Source: Mytilus californianus
Taxonomy: Eukaryota
Assembly: GCF_021869535.1 (NCBI RefSeq)
Contig: NW_026262745.1
Coordinates: forward strand, 23,002,001-23,066,000
Direction of reading: 5' to 3'
DNA: 64,000 nucleotides
A program made the translations under genes and the position numbers. The notes beneath the pieces are model-generated. The model was not told the DNA's origin. It did not search any database and saw nothing but the letters and a program-made list of their open reading frames with translations. Shown here in pieces: positions 13,527-25,902 of the stretch. The stretch's first letter is position 1, and each line of letters starts with the position of its first letter.

Positions 13527-14456
13527 CTAGTGCTTTTTTATAAGTCGATTACCCGAAAATCTGTAACTTTTCTCACTACCGATTTCTTTCAGAACAGTCC
13601 GGACGCTTGCTTGAAAGTTGCGTGTTTCTTGGGGTAAATCGTTTTCAATGTACACCTTGTTATATTTAGTGATATTTCTAAGGTTTTTCTTGTTTTTCAT
13701 AATTTCTCTTTTATTGTCAAAATTGCCCACTTCTACAATAACCAGCCCAGGGGCTCGACCTTTACTATCCTTCCTTGTAACCGATTTCAACACAACGTTT
13801 GACAATGCTAGCCCGTCTTTCAACATAGCCTGCACTTTATTGGTAGTAATTATATCATTGTTCTTTTCATTTTCATCAAAGTCAAGATTTTTTATAATGA
13901 ATCTGTTTTTTCGTGTATCATTTTCTTTTGTACTGTTAACCTCTGCCAAAGACTTCTCTAAACCGTCAATTCTGGCCTGCATAGCAATTATGTCAGATTT
14001 TACTTCTGTTCTAACCTCATCTAACTTTTCCTTTATTCTGTTGTCGATCATACCAGAAATTTTTTCTGACAGTTTTTCTGACACTCTGTCTTCGAAGTTT
14101 GTTTCTAACTCATCAAGTCTTTTTTCCAGTTTTTCACTCACACTATTTATATTTGATGATAGTTGACTACTAAGTTGTAATATTAGCGATTCGAGTCTAT
14201 CTGTTTGGGTTGAGTTGATAGGTGCACTCGACATGTTACTTTGATATTGTTGTCTAAATTTCTTGTGTTCGTTTGCGTCTGATGCATTAATGTTTTGTTC
14301 TGATAATTGTCTTTTTCTAAAAGGTTGTTGAATATAATCATTACTTACAGTCGCTGTCTGACTATAAAACATTTGATCGTTGACCAGCTGATTGGCGCCA
14401 TTCCCGTCAGACAAAGAATATTGGAGAAATTGAGCCATATCGCCCTGAAATTCCAC
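13527..14456 (-). CDS. LINE ORF1 (coiled coil plus RRM-like domain), 309 aa
   Basis: Heptad-rich middle region (LEKRLDELE..MQARIDGLEKSL), followed by RKNRFIIKNL..GLVIVEV..KVYIENDL, typical of LINE ORF1 RRM/CTD regions. It lies directly upstream of ORF2. Confidence 0.85.
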   Translation of the reverse strand: MEFQGDMAQFLQYSLSDGNGANQLVNDQMFYSQTATVSNDYIQQPFRKRQLSEQNINASDANEHKKFRQQYQSNMSSAPINSTQTDRLESLILQLSSQLSSNINSVSEKLEKRLDELETNFEDRVSEKLSEKISGMIDNRIKEKLDEVRTEVKSDIIAMQARIDGLEKSLAEVNSTKENDTRKNRFIIKNLDFDENEKNNDIITTNKVQAMLKDGLALSNVVLKSVTRKDSKGRAPGLVIVEVGNFDNKREIMKNKKNLRNITKYNKVYIENDLPQETRNFQASVRTVLKEIGSEKSYRFSGNRLIKKH

Positions 14457-15249
14457 TTCTAATCACGGAAAATGTCGCAAAATGTCAGTTACAAACTTTG
14501 AGCTTTGATAATCACACTTCAATCGAGATAAAGTAATCCTTGCTAACACAAAATCAAACTTTTTTTTCAGAGCTGTCACAAAATCAACACAGACATTTAT
14601 CACGTGACCTGCTAAATATTTAATCATAACGATCTCTGTCGGTCTAATCTGAACCACTGCGTTCACGGTCTTTTAGTTTACTCCTGGTTTGCCCACATTT
14701 AATTATACCAATTATCTATTAGTAAAGAAAAACAAAAAAGACAAAAGGTTTAATGAGCATACAATTGTATAGTCTGTTCCAACTTAGGTATATAGATCAT
14801 ATATATATTCAAGTATTTTTTATTTTGTAACTCCATTTTCATTTGTATAGAAAAATAATAAATAAATCAAAAAAATGTTCTCTCAATAACTTAATATCAT
14901 TTTAATCGATTCATTTAACATACATGTACAAAACAATGACATGCAGTTATAAAGGTGTCTTAATATTTCAATAGTTTCTGATTGATTTTAATGATTTAAA
15001 TACACCAATATAAGTTCTCTTTTATTGAAAACATAATTTATATAATATATGAATCAAGTTTATAAATGCATTGCATACTAAAGGAAATGAATAAAGCAAT
15101 AGGGTAAAATAGGTAATATGGGCACTTTATGTATAATGATGGGAAATACAATCAAAAGTCACAAATTATTATATTCACAAAGTCACAAACTACAATATTT
15201 CACTAAGTTGTTCAGTTCAAATGGAGAAGATGGGTTGCTACGTCAGAGT

Positions 15250-15543
15250 AGTCTATTACACTGATCCCCGAGTCTTTTTTTGGTATCTGTCTTTCAGCAG
15301 TTTGAACCTGGTGTCTATTTTTCTGTATCTTCGTCTTTTTGGTGGGTGTGCTCCTCCGCCTGCATACTGGATAATATAAAATTCTGTTAGGGCCTGGGTC
15401 TTCTTTAAAGTTTATAAAGATATATAAAGTAACTCAATGATTTCGAAGATGTTGGGATGGGCATGTGGGAGTCGCTTCTCAATTTCGTTGTGCCATCCTT
15501 CCAGGTGATTGGTAGTGCAAGGTCCTTCTATGTAGTAGTGGTT
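15250..15543 (-). pseudogene. MULE/Mutator transposase C-terminal fragment
   Basis: Reads NHYYIEGPCTTNHLEGWHNEIEKRLPHAHPNIFEIIELL..*..QYAGGGAHPPKRRRYRKIDTRF, matching the MULE TNNxxEGWH..HPNI motif. It is preceded by a splice-acceptor-like ttttatag and has an internal stop. Confidence 0.7.
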
Positions 15544-16121
15544 CTATAAAAAGTTGCTACTGAACAGTTGCATTTATATTCTATTTGTTAGAATGAATTG
15601 GATTTTTTTTATATTAAATTTCAGAACAGTGTATTTATTAATAACCAACAATTAAAAATATTTTTGATTAATTGTACAAATAATAAACCTTTTTTGTCTA
15701 TTTGTCAAATTCAATACATTTTCCTGCTATAAACTAAATCAAATATAAATTATTTTTGCACATTTTCCTTGATTTAATAGCAGAATACAGTATCTTTTAT
15801 AAAATTATTCAGGTAAAATAAAAGGTAAAAAATATGACTATAATTCATAAATAAACTATAATTGTTAAAACAACAATTCCCCCTATGTTTACATATGCAT
15901 GTAATTAAAAGTGGGCAAACCAGGATGACACCGCGTTCACACTACATTTTGTACAATTAAAAATGCAATCGATCTGACCTAATTACCCGTAAAACTGTAA
16001 ACATTGTGTATAAGTAGAAATTATTAATCAAATTTATGTGTTAATACACTGGTACACACACTTGGAAAAAAAAATTGGATGAAGTAATTGCAATGTTTCT
16101 CTTGAATCACAAGTTCAAATT

Positions 16122-16376
16122 TTGATACTGGTGTTCTTGCAGTTTTCTTTAATTTTGAAACAAAAAACTATAGCTAGGAAGTTACACCAAAGAGAAATAC
16201 TGCGGTTCCTGAAAAAAAAAACTCAACAGAAGAAAAGAAGACACAGATTTCGCAAATATATGATACGGCGAAGACAACATTTTTTCAGTTTGCTTTTACT
16301 AGCATGTACACAGAGGTCTGTTAACAGAGAAATATGGGTTAAACAACGAACAACCGATATATATATACAGGGATGA
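16122..16376 (+). pseudogene. Harbinger-type transposase N-terminal relic
   Basis: An Arg-rich stretch followed by RSVNREIWVKQRTTD resembles the R..WVK.R motif at the start of Harbinger transposases. It is truncated about 250 bp from the right TIR. Confidence 0.5.
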
Positions 16377-16871
16377 TTAGTTTTGCCGCTATACATGCGC
16401 ATAAATTATTTGCGATTCAATTGTACTAGTTTAAATCGATCTCTGCGTTCACATTTAAAGAAAGATCGGTTCACGTAAATTTAGATCGATTCAAACTAAA
16501 CTACCTCTTTTGGTGTTTTAGTTTAGACCGATTAAAGACCGATTCAAAGCGTTCACATTGGCCCTTAAATCGATCTAAAGTGAACCGATTTAGTTTAAAT
16601 CGATCTAAATGTCCTAGTGTGAACGGGGTCTTAGATTTAGACGATTTAAAAGATTTCAGCTTAACTGCTTAGAAAACCCACGAGAGTTTTGTACTTTGAA
16701 ACATTTTATGGTTGCATTTACTCTAACTTGCAGTCAGTAACTTCGAAGACACTTTATTTAATTTCAGCGTTTTGGGAAATAGTTAGCTTTTTAAATAAAT
16801 ATAATTTTTATGAACACTTTATATATAAATTATATTTATAAAACAAGGTAATTAGGTCACAAGGTTTACGA

Positions 16872-16980
16872 TAAAGTGCCCATGAACTCACTGAATTCAC
16901 GAGTGACTCTATTCCGTGTCCGTGTAACACCCATTATTGTACTGTTTTTCTATAGCTCTGCTGGGGGCAAAGTCGTACAA
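16872..16980 (+). repeat. Left member of a distant inverted-repeat pair (partner at 33495-33654)
   Basis: taaagtgcccatgaactcactga..cacgagtgactctattc..gtgtccgtgtaacaccc..tgtactgtttttctatagctctgctggg(g)gcaaagtcgtacaa is the reverse complement of the partner. Confidence 0.8.
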
Positions 16981-17666
16981 TTGGAGGTATTCAAAGTTTG
17001 CCCACCAACCCACCTTTTTTTGAGTTGATTGCTGTTAATGTGGGTATATAGCTATATTAATGTGTATTTATATGCATTTTTCCTCTTTTGTAGATAGATT
17101 TTGATTGTGTATATACTTTAAATGCTTGAATACGTAGTGCATGCCTGAGTTTGTAGTGAAAAACTTTAGTTCGAAGAATATTTATTGCATTGAAGACCTG
17201 TTGGTGACCTTCTGCTGTTGTCTGTTCTATGGTCGGGTTGTTGTCTCTTTGACACATTCCCCATTTCCATTCTCAATTTTATTGTAATAAATATTAAGTT
17301 TCATGTGGACCCTATGACTAAAACGGCTGAGTTTACACCACAAAATTTACTCAGACATTTTGCATTATTGAGTGCCGACACAAATGTGCATCTGGAAAAT
17401 TTTTAAGGCATAGAATGCTCAGATATATAAAATTCAAATGCGTTTTATGTTTAAGAAAATTGAAAACTAACTAAACTTTGCAAGACCCCATGCATGTTTG
17501 TCAAAACAAGACCCCGTACATATTTGTAAGAGCGTTTGTCAGAGCAAGATCCCATACATGTTTGTCAGAGTAATATCAGAATTGGGTTTCTGGGTTAAAT
17601 GGACTGTTGTTTGACTGTTATGATTGGATTTAACCAACAGCACACCTTACGAACTATGTAAGGGCC

Positions 17667-19593
17667 TGAAAACAGTAATAACAAACACAGTGATGTAGGT
17701 TTTATATCTTGTATCTTCAAAAGCGCATGAGAAAGTCCTATATACAATTAATAACAGTATAATAGTATATAATGCAAATAATAGAAACATATAATTCATA
17801 TAATTTTCCAATATAAATGATCAGTTAATATATTTTGAGTATACAAACTTTACGTTAATGCATGAGCATATGCATATTAATGACGAACACGTATGCTTAT
17901 AATATTTCTTATAAATAAAAGCTTATTTAGCATTCAAATATATGAGCAAGATGCGGACTAAATCTTATATGTATGAGCATAATGCGTGACTTAATATTTG
18001 AACCTAAGAGAGCATAAAGCATATGCCGAAAAGCATAAAGCGTTGAATATATAATATCTTAACAATGGACATGAATAAACATGTTGAATTCTTTTATCCT
18101 TCGAATTATAATCATGGTAGAGCATATATTGCGCTTGTAAAAACTTAAACTATATAATTACCTATTAACCCAAAAATAATCAATTCCGACAATGAGCATT
18201 GGTTGAGAAATATTCGAAATCGAAACAAACTTAGCATTACGAAACTAATCGTGAATATTCAAATATTATGAATATGAAACAGTATCATGTGAAATGGGGA
18301 ATATAGCTTTTTAAAATATACATGCTTGCTTTTATCAAAAATTCATGACTCGTAATAATATAGGGCTAAACGACAAGAATAGTTTACGATAAATAATTTC
18401 TTATTAAATTAGCCTACACATGTGGAAATTACTCATAAAGCGTTTATTAAAATAATCCACATCTTACCCTTGCAGAACTGACCTTAATTCTTATACAAGC
18501 GATAAGTTAAAATTATCATTTCCAACATGCGAGCGTAAAACTAAATTCTATAACGCGTTTAAAAATACCCTTGAGTACAGAAAGTTTGTGAAGAATAAAC
18601 CAACCCTTTTTTGAACATATATATACATCTATTTACACTGATCGAGAAACAACAACTTGATCTTAACTTCTTTACGTGCAGAACTCATAGATATTTAACT
18701 TCAACTTTACTAAATAAAATGGAAACGAAACTTTACGAAGTTTCACGATTCATGAAAGAATAGATATAAGAAGATGTGGTATGAGTGCCAATGAGACAAC
18801 TCTCCATCCAAGTCAAAATTTATAAAAGTAAACCATTATAGGTCACAGTACGGTCTTCAACACGGAGCCTTGGCTCACACCGAACAGTAAGCTATAAAGG
18901 GCCCCAAAAAATTACTAGTGTAAAACCATTCAAACGGGAAAACCAACGGTCTAATCTATATAAAAAACGAGAAACGAGAAACACTTATGAACCACATCAA
19001 CAAACGACAACTACTGAACATCAGATTCCTGACTTAGGACAGGTGCAAACAAATGCAGCGGGTTTAAACGTTTTAATGGTACCAAACCTTCACCCTTTTT
19101 TCCTGAAACAATAGTGTAACATCACAACATAGAAAGACACACTATAAAATATCAACTGAAATAGCTTAACTCAATCAAAGGACATATTAACACCATTGAA
19201 CATACACTGAACAAATAAATTTGACCTATGACACAAAGTAAATACAAAATTAATAAACTAAGGGAAGAATAATAAAAGTAACATGTTATATCGGTAAGAA
19301 ATGTTAAACAATTAAAGAAAAACAATATGCTCGAACAAAAATACCATCCATTTGCAATAACTTTAAACACAGGTAAATGAAAATAATTTTGTTGTTAGGT
19401 ATACGTGTACAGTACCAATAGAGAAAGGAAATATTATTACAAAATAAATAATTTTGATGTTCATAGTACGAAGTGAATCATATTAACATATTAACTTTGA
19501 ATAAATAAAATACTTGACTCACTTGAAAACAGTAATAACAAACACAGTGAAGTAGGTTTTAGATCTTGTATCTCCAAAAGCGCATGAGAAAGT
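17667..19593. repeat. 70-bp direct repeats (17667-17736 and 19524-19593) bracketing 1.8 kb
   Basis: tgaaaacagtaataacaaacacagtga.gtaggtttta.atcttgtatct.caaaagcgcatgagaaagt occurs twice with 3 mismatches. Confidence 0.8.
18770..19150 (+). repeat. Interspersed repeat family A copy
   Basis: aagaagatgtggtatgagtgccaatgagacaactctccatcc...cacggagccttggctcacaccgaac...aaacgacaactactgaaca. Near-identical to the reverse-strand copy at 52610-52866. Confidence 0.85.
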
Positions 19594-20399
19594 GCCACTT
19601 TTGAGACCGATATTCACTTGTTCAATTTCGCGTTACTGTTTCAGGTTCGACCCATCAGATTCGTTAAACACCCGAGCCACCTTAGTTACCCTGATATTTT
19701 GGGGTAAAAAGGGGCGTGGAAAGATCTTTGCTGGACAGGACAAAGAGCCCTAATTGACCAGGTTACCTAGACATATGTTGTTTACACAACAACTTGTTTG
19801 TGTTTAAAGGACAATGGACTTAGTAAAAAAAACATGTCTTATTGTGTCCACTTAGCTTGTCGCTAAACATCTTAAATTGATAAAAATAATTATTTTAGAT
19901 TTGCAGCGCCATCTATTGGAAAAGGCTTAATTTCCAAAAAATTTCCACAAAATGTCACAATTTTGTGACTCTGAATATGCTAGATATGGTTATGTTTAGC
20001 TGATATTTGAGTGGATTTTTATAACAAGTATCATTCGTCCTTCGAAACTTGACAAAATGTTTTTGCTTGAGTATATAGCTATATTTTGGGCTGACCGGTC
20101 TAAAAAGGGCATTTTTGACATTTTTTGGATACTTCCTAAAAAAGTCAACAAAAAGACAGGAAATCTTGTAAACTACAATGCATTTTTAATGTTTTAAATT
20201 TTTCTATAAAGGTTTACATGTGTGCTACAAGTTTTATGATTTTTGAGCTGAGGTCTCCTACACCGTTACCATGGCAACGGAATAAAAATGAGTAATTTTC
20301 ACATATTTGTCACAATAATCCGTGTATTTAATCATGAAAACTTATTTATCTTTTGACACTGGCTTATGATATTTGGCATGAAGGTGTATTACAATAAGA

Positions 20400-20645
20400 C
20401 AGTGTATCTCATAAAAATTAAAACCGTCAAATGACCTTGACCTTTGACCTCAAGGTCAAAATACTTGATTTTTTTTTACATTTTCTTATCTGGAGCACAC
20501 CTTTTCCTCTCCCTTGACAAAGTCTTTTCATACTTGACACACAAGTGCAGCACCTCAATATCATGTGTCACATACCATAGATGATGACCTTGATCTTTGA
20601 CCTTCAAGGTCAATTAAAAAGTCAAGGTCAAATATTTAATTTCAT
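20400..20645. repeat. TGACCTT(G/T)ACCTT-motif repeat fragment
   Basis: Recurrent tgaccttgacctttgacctcaaggtcaa units at ~20431 and ~20584. Confidence 0.5.
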
Positions 20646-23600
20646 ATGTCACCCTAAAACCAAGCATATTCTTTCTTTCCATGTCAATATGAAAATGAAG
20701 AGATGTGGACTGATTGCTTATGAGGCAACTATCAACGTCAGTTAAAATGAAGTGGTAGTAAGCAATTCATAGGCCACAGAACGTGCAAGACCTTTTTTAG
20801 TACAGCTAAGGGTTTGTTCCTGGGGGTCATGCCCCGTCCCTCATAAACTAATGATGTTATTTAGATTTATCTAAAAAAAGGGTTCAGAACTCCATCCTTA
20901 ACCCATATTTAATCTTAATTGCCTTTCTAGTTCATCATGAGGGACATGCCCTGCCCCCTACATACCATTGATGGTAAAATAGCTTGAAATATGTTCATAT
21001 CCCTACCTTTAAATCATATATATATATATTCTCAATCAGCAAGACAACACCTTTGAGAACACCATATATGTTTTTGCTGTGGTTCGTGCCCCTTATATAT
21101 CTGTTCAGATACCCATCCCTAATCCATGTACTCAAATAAATGTATCAATACTAGACAAAAGTGTAACATATATTGTGTCCCTCATGCCCTACCCCCTCGT
21201 TTCCGATGATAAATTGGTAAATATATGGAAAACAGTACATATTTCCATGCATTTACCATATATTCTTACTTGCAATGACAATCTTTTTTTTACCAGAATG
21301 ATTTCTACAGTGGAGACATCAGTTTTAATTGACTAAAACGGTTCTACCTAGTTGTAATTAAATTCAAAGACAATTTGGTAGAATTCTGACTTTATGCAGA
21401 AAAAATTGAAATACTGTGAATTCAGAACGTAATGTGTGTAATATTATTATTACATATTCATGGTGACTGTCAAAAATGTGAGATTAATTAAAGCAAATTT
21501 AAATTATATTGAATATTGTACAAAAAATGAAATGTAACTTAGGTCATGTCACAGTCTGGGTCTTATAGGGGTAACTATGTGTTGTGGGTTTTCCTGTTTG
21601 TTGTAGATCGTGTGGCGACCTCTGGGTGTACGTTTTTGGTTAGTTAACTTCTGAGATGAAATATTGTCTCCTTGACATATACCCCATATCTGTTCTTGTT
21701 GTCCCCCTCAGCATCACATTGCGGCCGGGAATATATGAATGCTGTTCGTTCGTCTGTCCGTCCGAGCATCGGTCCGGATTGTAAACTTTCTAGCATAATT
21801 AATCGTTATCTAATTTGGATAAAATTTATGCAGTAGCTTTCTACAGACAACAGGTCAAGTTTGAAAATGAGCCTTGTACAAAAATTTAGTCGACGGGTAA
21901 CATTGAAAATCTGTTGTGTTATTCATATTGCAATAATTTTTAAATTTACAGGAATATATTTTGAAAGTTTTTGATCAGAAAGTTTCGACATACATTGTAC
22001 ATGTAAACGTCAGCTTGTTAGATTTCCCAAATAAACTAAGAAAACCATGAAGATTTTGATAAATAAAGGCTGGGTTTTGAAAAGGTCCAAGAAAGTTGTA
22101 AAATTTCCCCAAAATTGTAAGAGACGTTATTATAAAACCACATCTTTTTATTTTTATATTGTATGCTTTTTTGAGCAAGGAGAAAAACAACGTGAAAAAG
22201 ACCTCGTTATGAAGGCATTTGCGATCGCCCTAAAAACAACTCCATATAAAATGTTTCCACCATAAGAATGGTTATCATCAAATTAGATCAGAAGCTTATT
22301 TGGAAACTTTACTTTAAAGAAAACAAATGAATTGGTGGATAATTCTAATAAAGTGGAAACAATTGATGAAGCAGATGTAGGACATGATTAAGACTTCATT
22401 GAAGTACTACTGTCAAATATTGAATATATTGAACTCAAGATCAGTTAAGGACATAATAACGAGAAATTATTGCTTCTTCTTCTGTCTAATATATGTATTT
22501 ATATATCAGAAGTATTTGTGAATGTATCAACCAGACTCAAGCTAGCGAACAATATGCCAACGAACAATAAGATGCATCAAGCTAGCGAACAATAAGCCAG
22601 CGAACAATAAGAAAACGTCCAACCTGATCATGCCTAAAAACCGAAAACTTGCAATAACACGAAACGTCCTTTGAAATCTGATGACAATCATTTCCAGTAG
22701 GAAGACGAAATGCAATTCCATTTTACCAATACCAACATGGCCGACAAGGCTAAAAATAGAACTTACGGGGTAAAATGCAAGTTTTTTCTATTATCTTGAA
22801 AACTGCTAAAGATAGAGAAAATCTGACAGGGGCAGGAATTGTCAAAATGTTGAGATTTCCCTACCATCTATTTACGTCAAAACTGTCAGACGAGCTTATG
22901 TTGGAGTTTTTACCCTTAAATGACATAATTTTTGCCTATTATTTTAATCTCTGCAATAGATAGATACTTTACAATACAAAATTCGTAAGGGGTTCCTCGT
23001 ATTCTTGTGTCTCGCCCTTGATTGCAGCTGCCAGTGTTAAAGTATAATGTTGACCTAAAAAGTGAGTCCATTTATCAGTAAATACTAAATTGAAAAAAAT
23101 CATTTTTTTAGATGCTATTTCTTGATCTTGAAGATTAGCGTCTGTCCAAGTTTCATAACAATCCATGAAGGTTTACACATTTATCATGTCAAAAAAAATT
23201 CAATCCCAGATTGTCTGTAAATGTCAACTGTATAAAACTAAGTCCATCTTTCTGAAAAATACTGAATTGAAAAAAATATATTTTCAAAAGTTTGCTTCAG
23301 ACATTATTTCTTAATCATAAAATGGCTTCTGCCAAAGTTTTATAAAATTGTATGAAGGTTTGCCAAAGTAATTGATGTGTAACAAATTTTAACCCAGACT
23401 GTAACTACTTGTTAACTGTAAAAAGACCTATGTCAATTTATCAGTAAAATACGTAAAATCAAAATAAATATTTAATTAATGAAGATTTTTTACAATTTTT
23501 TGCATTTTTGCCAAGTATCTTAAAAACTACAATCTATAGATAGAAACCTTAGAAAGCAAGAAAAAATAGATTTACAACTATTTCGTAGAAAGAAACAGTT

Positions 23601-24234
23601 AAATACATGAGATGAGTTTAATTTTGACGAGTTAACTCTAGTAAAAATATGACAGCACAAATTATTTTAGAAGCCTGTTTTTATAATTAGATTTCTTTGT
23701 AATATCCCCTTGGTTATATAAAAATCAATGTTATGGTGACTATAATTTGTTAGCTGTCTACACCTTGTTAGATTATTGCTCTTTAAAAAAAAAAACGCTT
23801 TAAAACAACATGGATATACAGATTGATTTTATTAATTTTTTCAGAAATTGCAAATTTTGACATTTTTCTACAGAATCATAGAAAAAAATCACAATCAGTT
23901 TTTTTTGTCTAAACATTCACTTATTACACCTTGGTATGCTTTGTTTTATATTTTACTTTATGAAAAGAAAAGAAATATTGAAACACTTATAATGTATCAA
24001 GAGCAGAATGCTTAATTTGAAGAAAAAATAGATACTTTTTAAAGATTTTAGAAAATGCATTTTTTACTGAATTATCTCCCTTTGTACAATAGAAAATCAA
24101 TATTTATGGCTTCATTTATTGTAATTGTATTATCTTCATTGTTAGTTTAACTTACATTTTTAAGTATAATAATGGTTTTTACGGACGCGTATTACGGCCA
24201 TCCTTTTTATTATTTTTTTTTCAAATTGTCGACA

Positions 24235-24480
24235 TTAATCTTGGAATTATCAACTTTAATCTTGGAATTATCAGCTTTAATCTTGGAATTACCAACTTTT
24301 ATCTTGGGATTATCAACTTTAATCTTGGAATTATCATCTTTAATCTTGGAATTATCAGCATTTATCTTGGAATTATAAACTTTAATCTTGGAATTTCCAA
24401 CTTAAATCTTGGAATTATCAACATTAAAGTTGAAAATTCCAACTTTAATTTTGGAATTATCAACTTTAATCTTAAAAATG
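24235..24480 (+). repeat. 21-bp minisatellite (ttaatcttggaattatcaact)n in the left arm
   Basis: Directly visible array of about 11 units. Confidence 0.9.
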
Positions 24481-24893
24481 ACTGATATTTTACTTCTAGT
24501 CCATAGTTTATTGTGTTTCTCCGTATACTTAATCTAATTATAATTATTTTCTCGGCTACATTTTTTGTAAGGGGGGGGGGGGGGGGGGGGGGGGGGCTGG
24601 CTGTAACTTCCCAATAATGAGTATACGTGGATATGCCAAAAATATTGGCCATAATTTTGCGAGATTTTATATTTATGACGCTACTTTTTAATGACATTCT
24701 ATATTGATATGCATAGTTCTTTCATAATTTTATATTGATTTGGGGTATGTTCTACATATCTTTTATAAATATGTTATGGAAATCTTATATTAATGGCCAA
24801 TTGTGGTATTTGAATCAATCAGGGACTTTATATTTACATTAAAATATTGTACACAAGTAAAGGTCATTCTTTGTACATATTTTATTACATATA

Positions 24894-25804
24894 TGTGACT
24901 AGCCATGACATATCCAGACTTATGGAGGTAGAACGTCATTGTGAGAAAAACGTGGTTAACTATATGTGACTAGCCACTTCCAGGCTAAAGAGGGTGCATT
25001 GTCTAAAATTTGCTTATTGTATATTTATCTAGAATATTCGAAACAAAACTCTCTGTCATGTTATTATGACATATTTGTTGTAATAGCAATGAAACGAGTC
25101 ATTTCGAATACCAGTATGAAAATGAGACTGTTCTAAGACGACTTTTATTTATTGAAGGCACTAATTTATCAAATACAAAATCATTGTATTTATTGGCGCT
25201 TAGTAATAGCGTATTTGAATAAAATTCACAGAATTAAATTTACTACAATACAATTCTTAGCTCTATTTTAGAACATGTAATTTAAACAATGAAGTTAGTT
25301 TATAATTTGTCAAAGTAAGCCTTAAGATGTCCTTTTTTTAAAATGTCTTTTAATTTAGATTTATCATGCATGTCTCTACAGTTTATAAGTAGGTGTTCTC
25401 ATATATGATTTGATACGGTGCATTTATTATGGATATATTTCAGACTCCATTTATGAAAGAAAATCTATAGAGCAGAGAATTTTGATTCTTTTGTAGCTCT
25501 ATTTTAGAACATGTAACTTAAACTTGTTGAAATGAAGTTAGTTTAAAATTTGTCAAAGTAAGCTTTAAGAATTCCTTTCTTTAAATTTGTATTTTAATTT
25601 AGATTTATTATGCATGTCTCTATACATAGTATGCGACGCGTAACAGTTTATAAGTAGGTTTCTCTTATATGCATTTGATACAATGCATTTACTATGGATA
25701 AATTTCAGACTCCATTTATGAAAGAAAATCTATAGAGCAGGGATTTTTTTTTCTAACAATGACGTTCTACCTCCATAAGCCTGGAAATGTCATGGCGGGT
25801 CACA
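24894..25804. mobile_element. MITE with TGT..ACA termini (Ginger-like ends) nested in the foldback element
   Basis: ~57-bp TIRs tgtgactagccatgacatatccagacttatggaggtagaacgtcattg / caatgacgttctacctccataagcctggaaatgtcatggcgggtcaca. It carries an internal ~235-bp tandem duplication. A second, truncated copy lies at 40092-40745. TSD not clean (tata / attt). Confidence 0.7.
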
Positions 25805-25902
25805 ATTTTTATACATAAATAAAGGTACCAAATATTAGTTAATATTATATAAAAATGGGTACATTGTTTTAGACAAACATAGCACACCACTACCAAAAAA
25901 AT

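Larger units (their letters stand above)
9618..14618 (-). mobile_element. Full-length two-ORF non-LTR retrotransposon, RTEX-like, ~5.0 kb
   Basis: ORF1 and ORF2 are both uninterrupted. The 3' tail is (TTA/ATT)-rich at ~9618-9650. Candidate TSD TTTAAT at 9612-9617 and 14619-14624, where the host element sequence resumes seamlessly (attatctttaat|cataacgatctc). Clade call rests on the C-terminal LAIETGRY..RLCKFC..ESEKHFLLNC zinc-finger pattern, recalled rather than searched. Confidence 0.9.
9397..16630. mobile_element. PIF/Harbinger-like DNA transposon (internally deleted) hosting a full-length LINE and a MULE fragment
   Basis: Perfect 17-bp TIRs gaccccgttcacactag (9397-9413) and ctagtgtgaacggggtc (16614-16630). 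Flanks are TAA and TTA, or a TA duplication if the TIR is extended by one base. Subterminal gcgttcaca and aatcgatct motifs are repeated at both ends. A transposase-like N-terminal relic lies at 16122-16376. Confidence 0.75.

Noticed and set aside
10150-14166. Plus-strand ORFs (10150, 10510, 10900, 12088, 12550, 13618)
   Set aside because: They are antisense shadows of LINE ORF1 and ORF2 with no recognisable motifs.
19600-19700. GGTTCGACCC B-box-like motif suggesting a tRNA or SINE head
   Set aside because: I could not find an A-box at a suitable distance or a cloverleaf.
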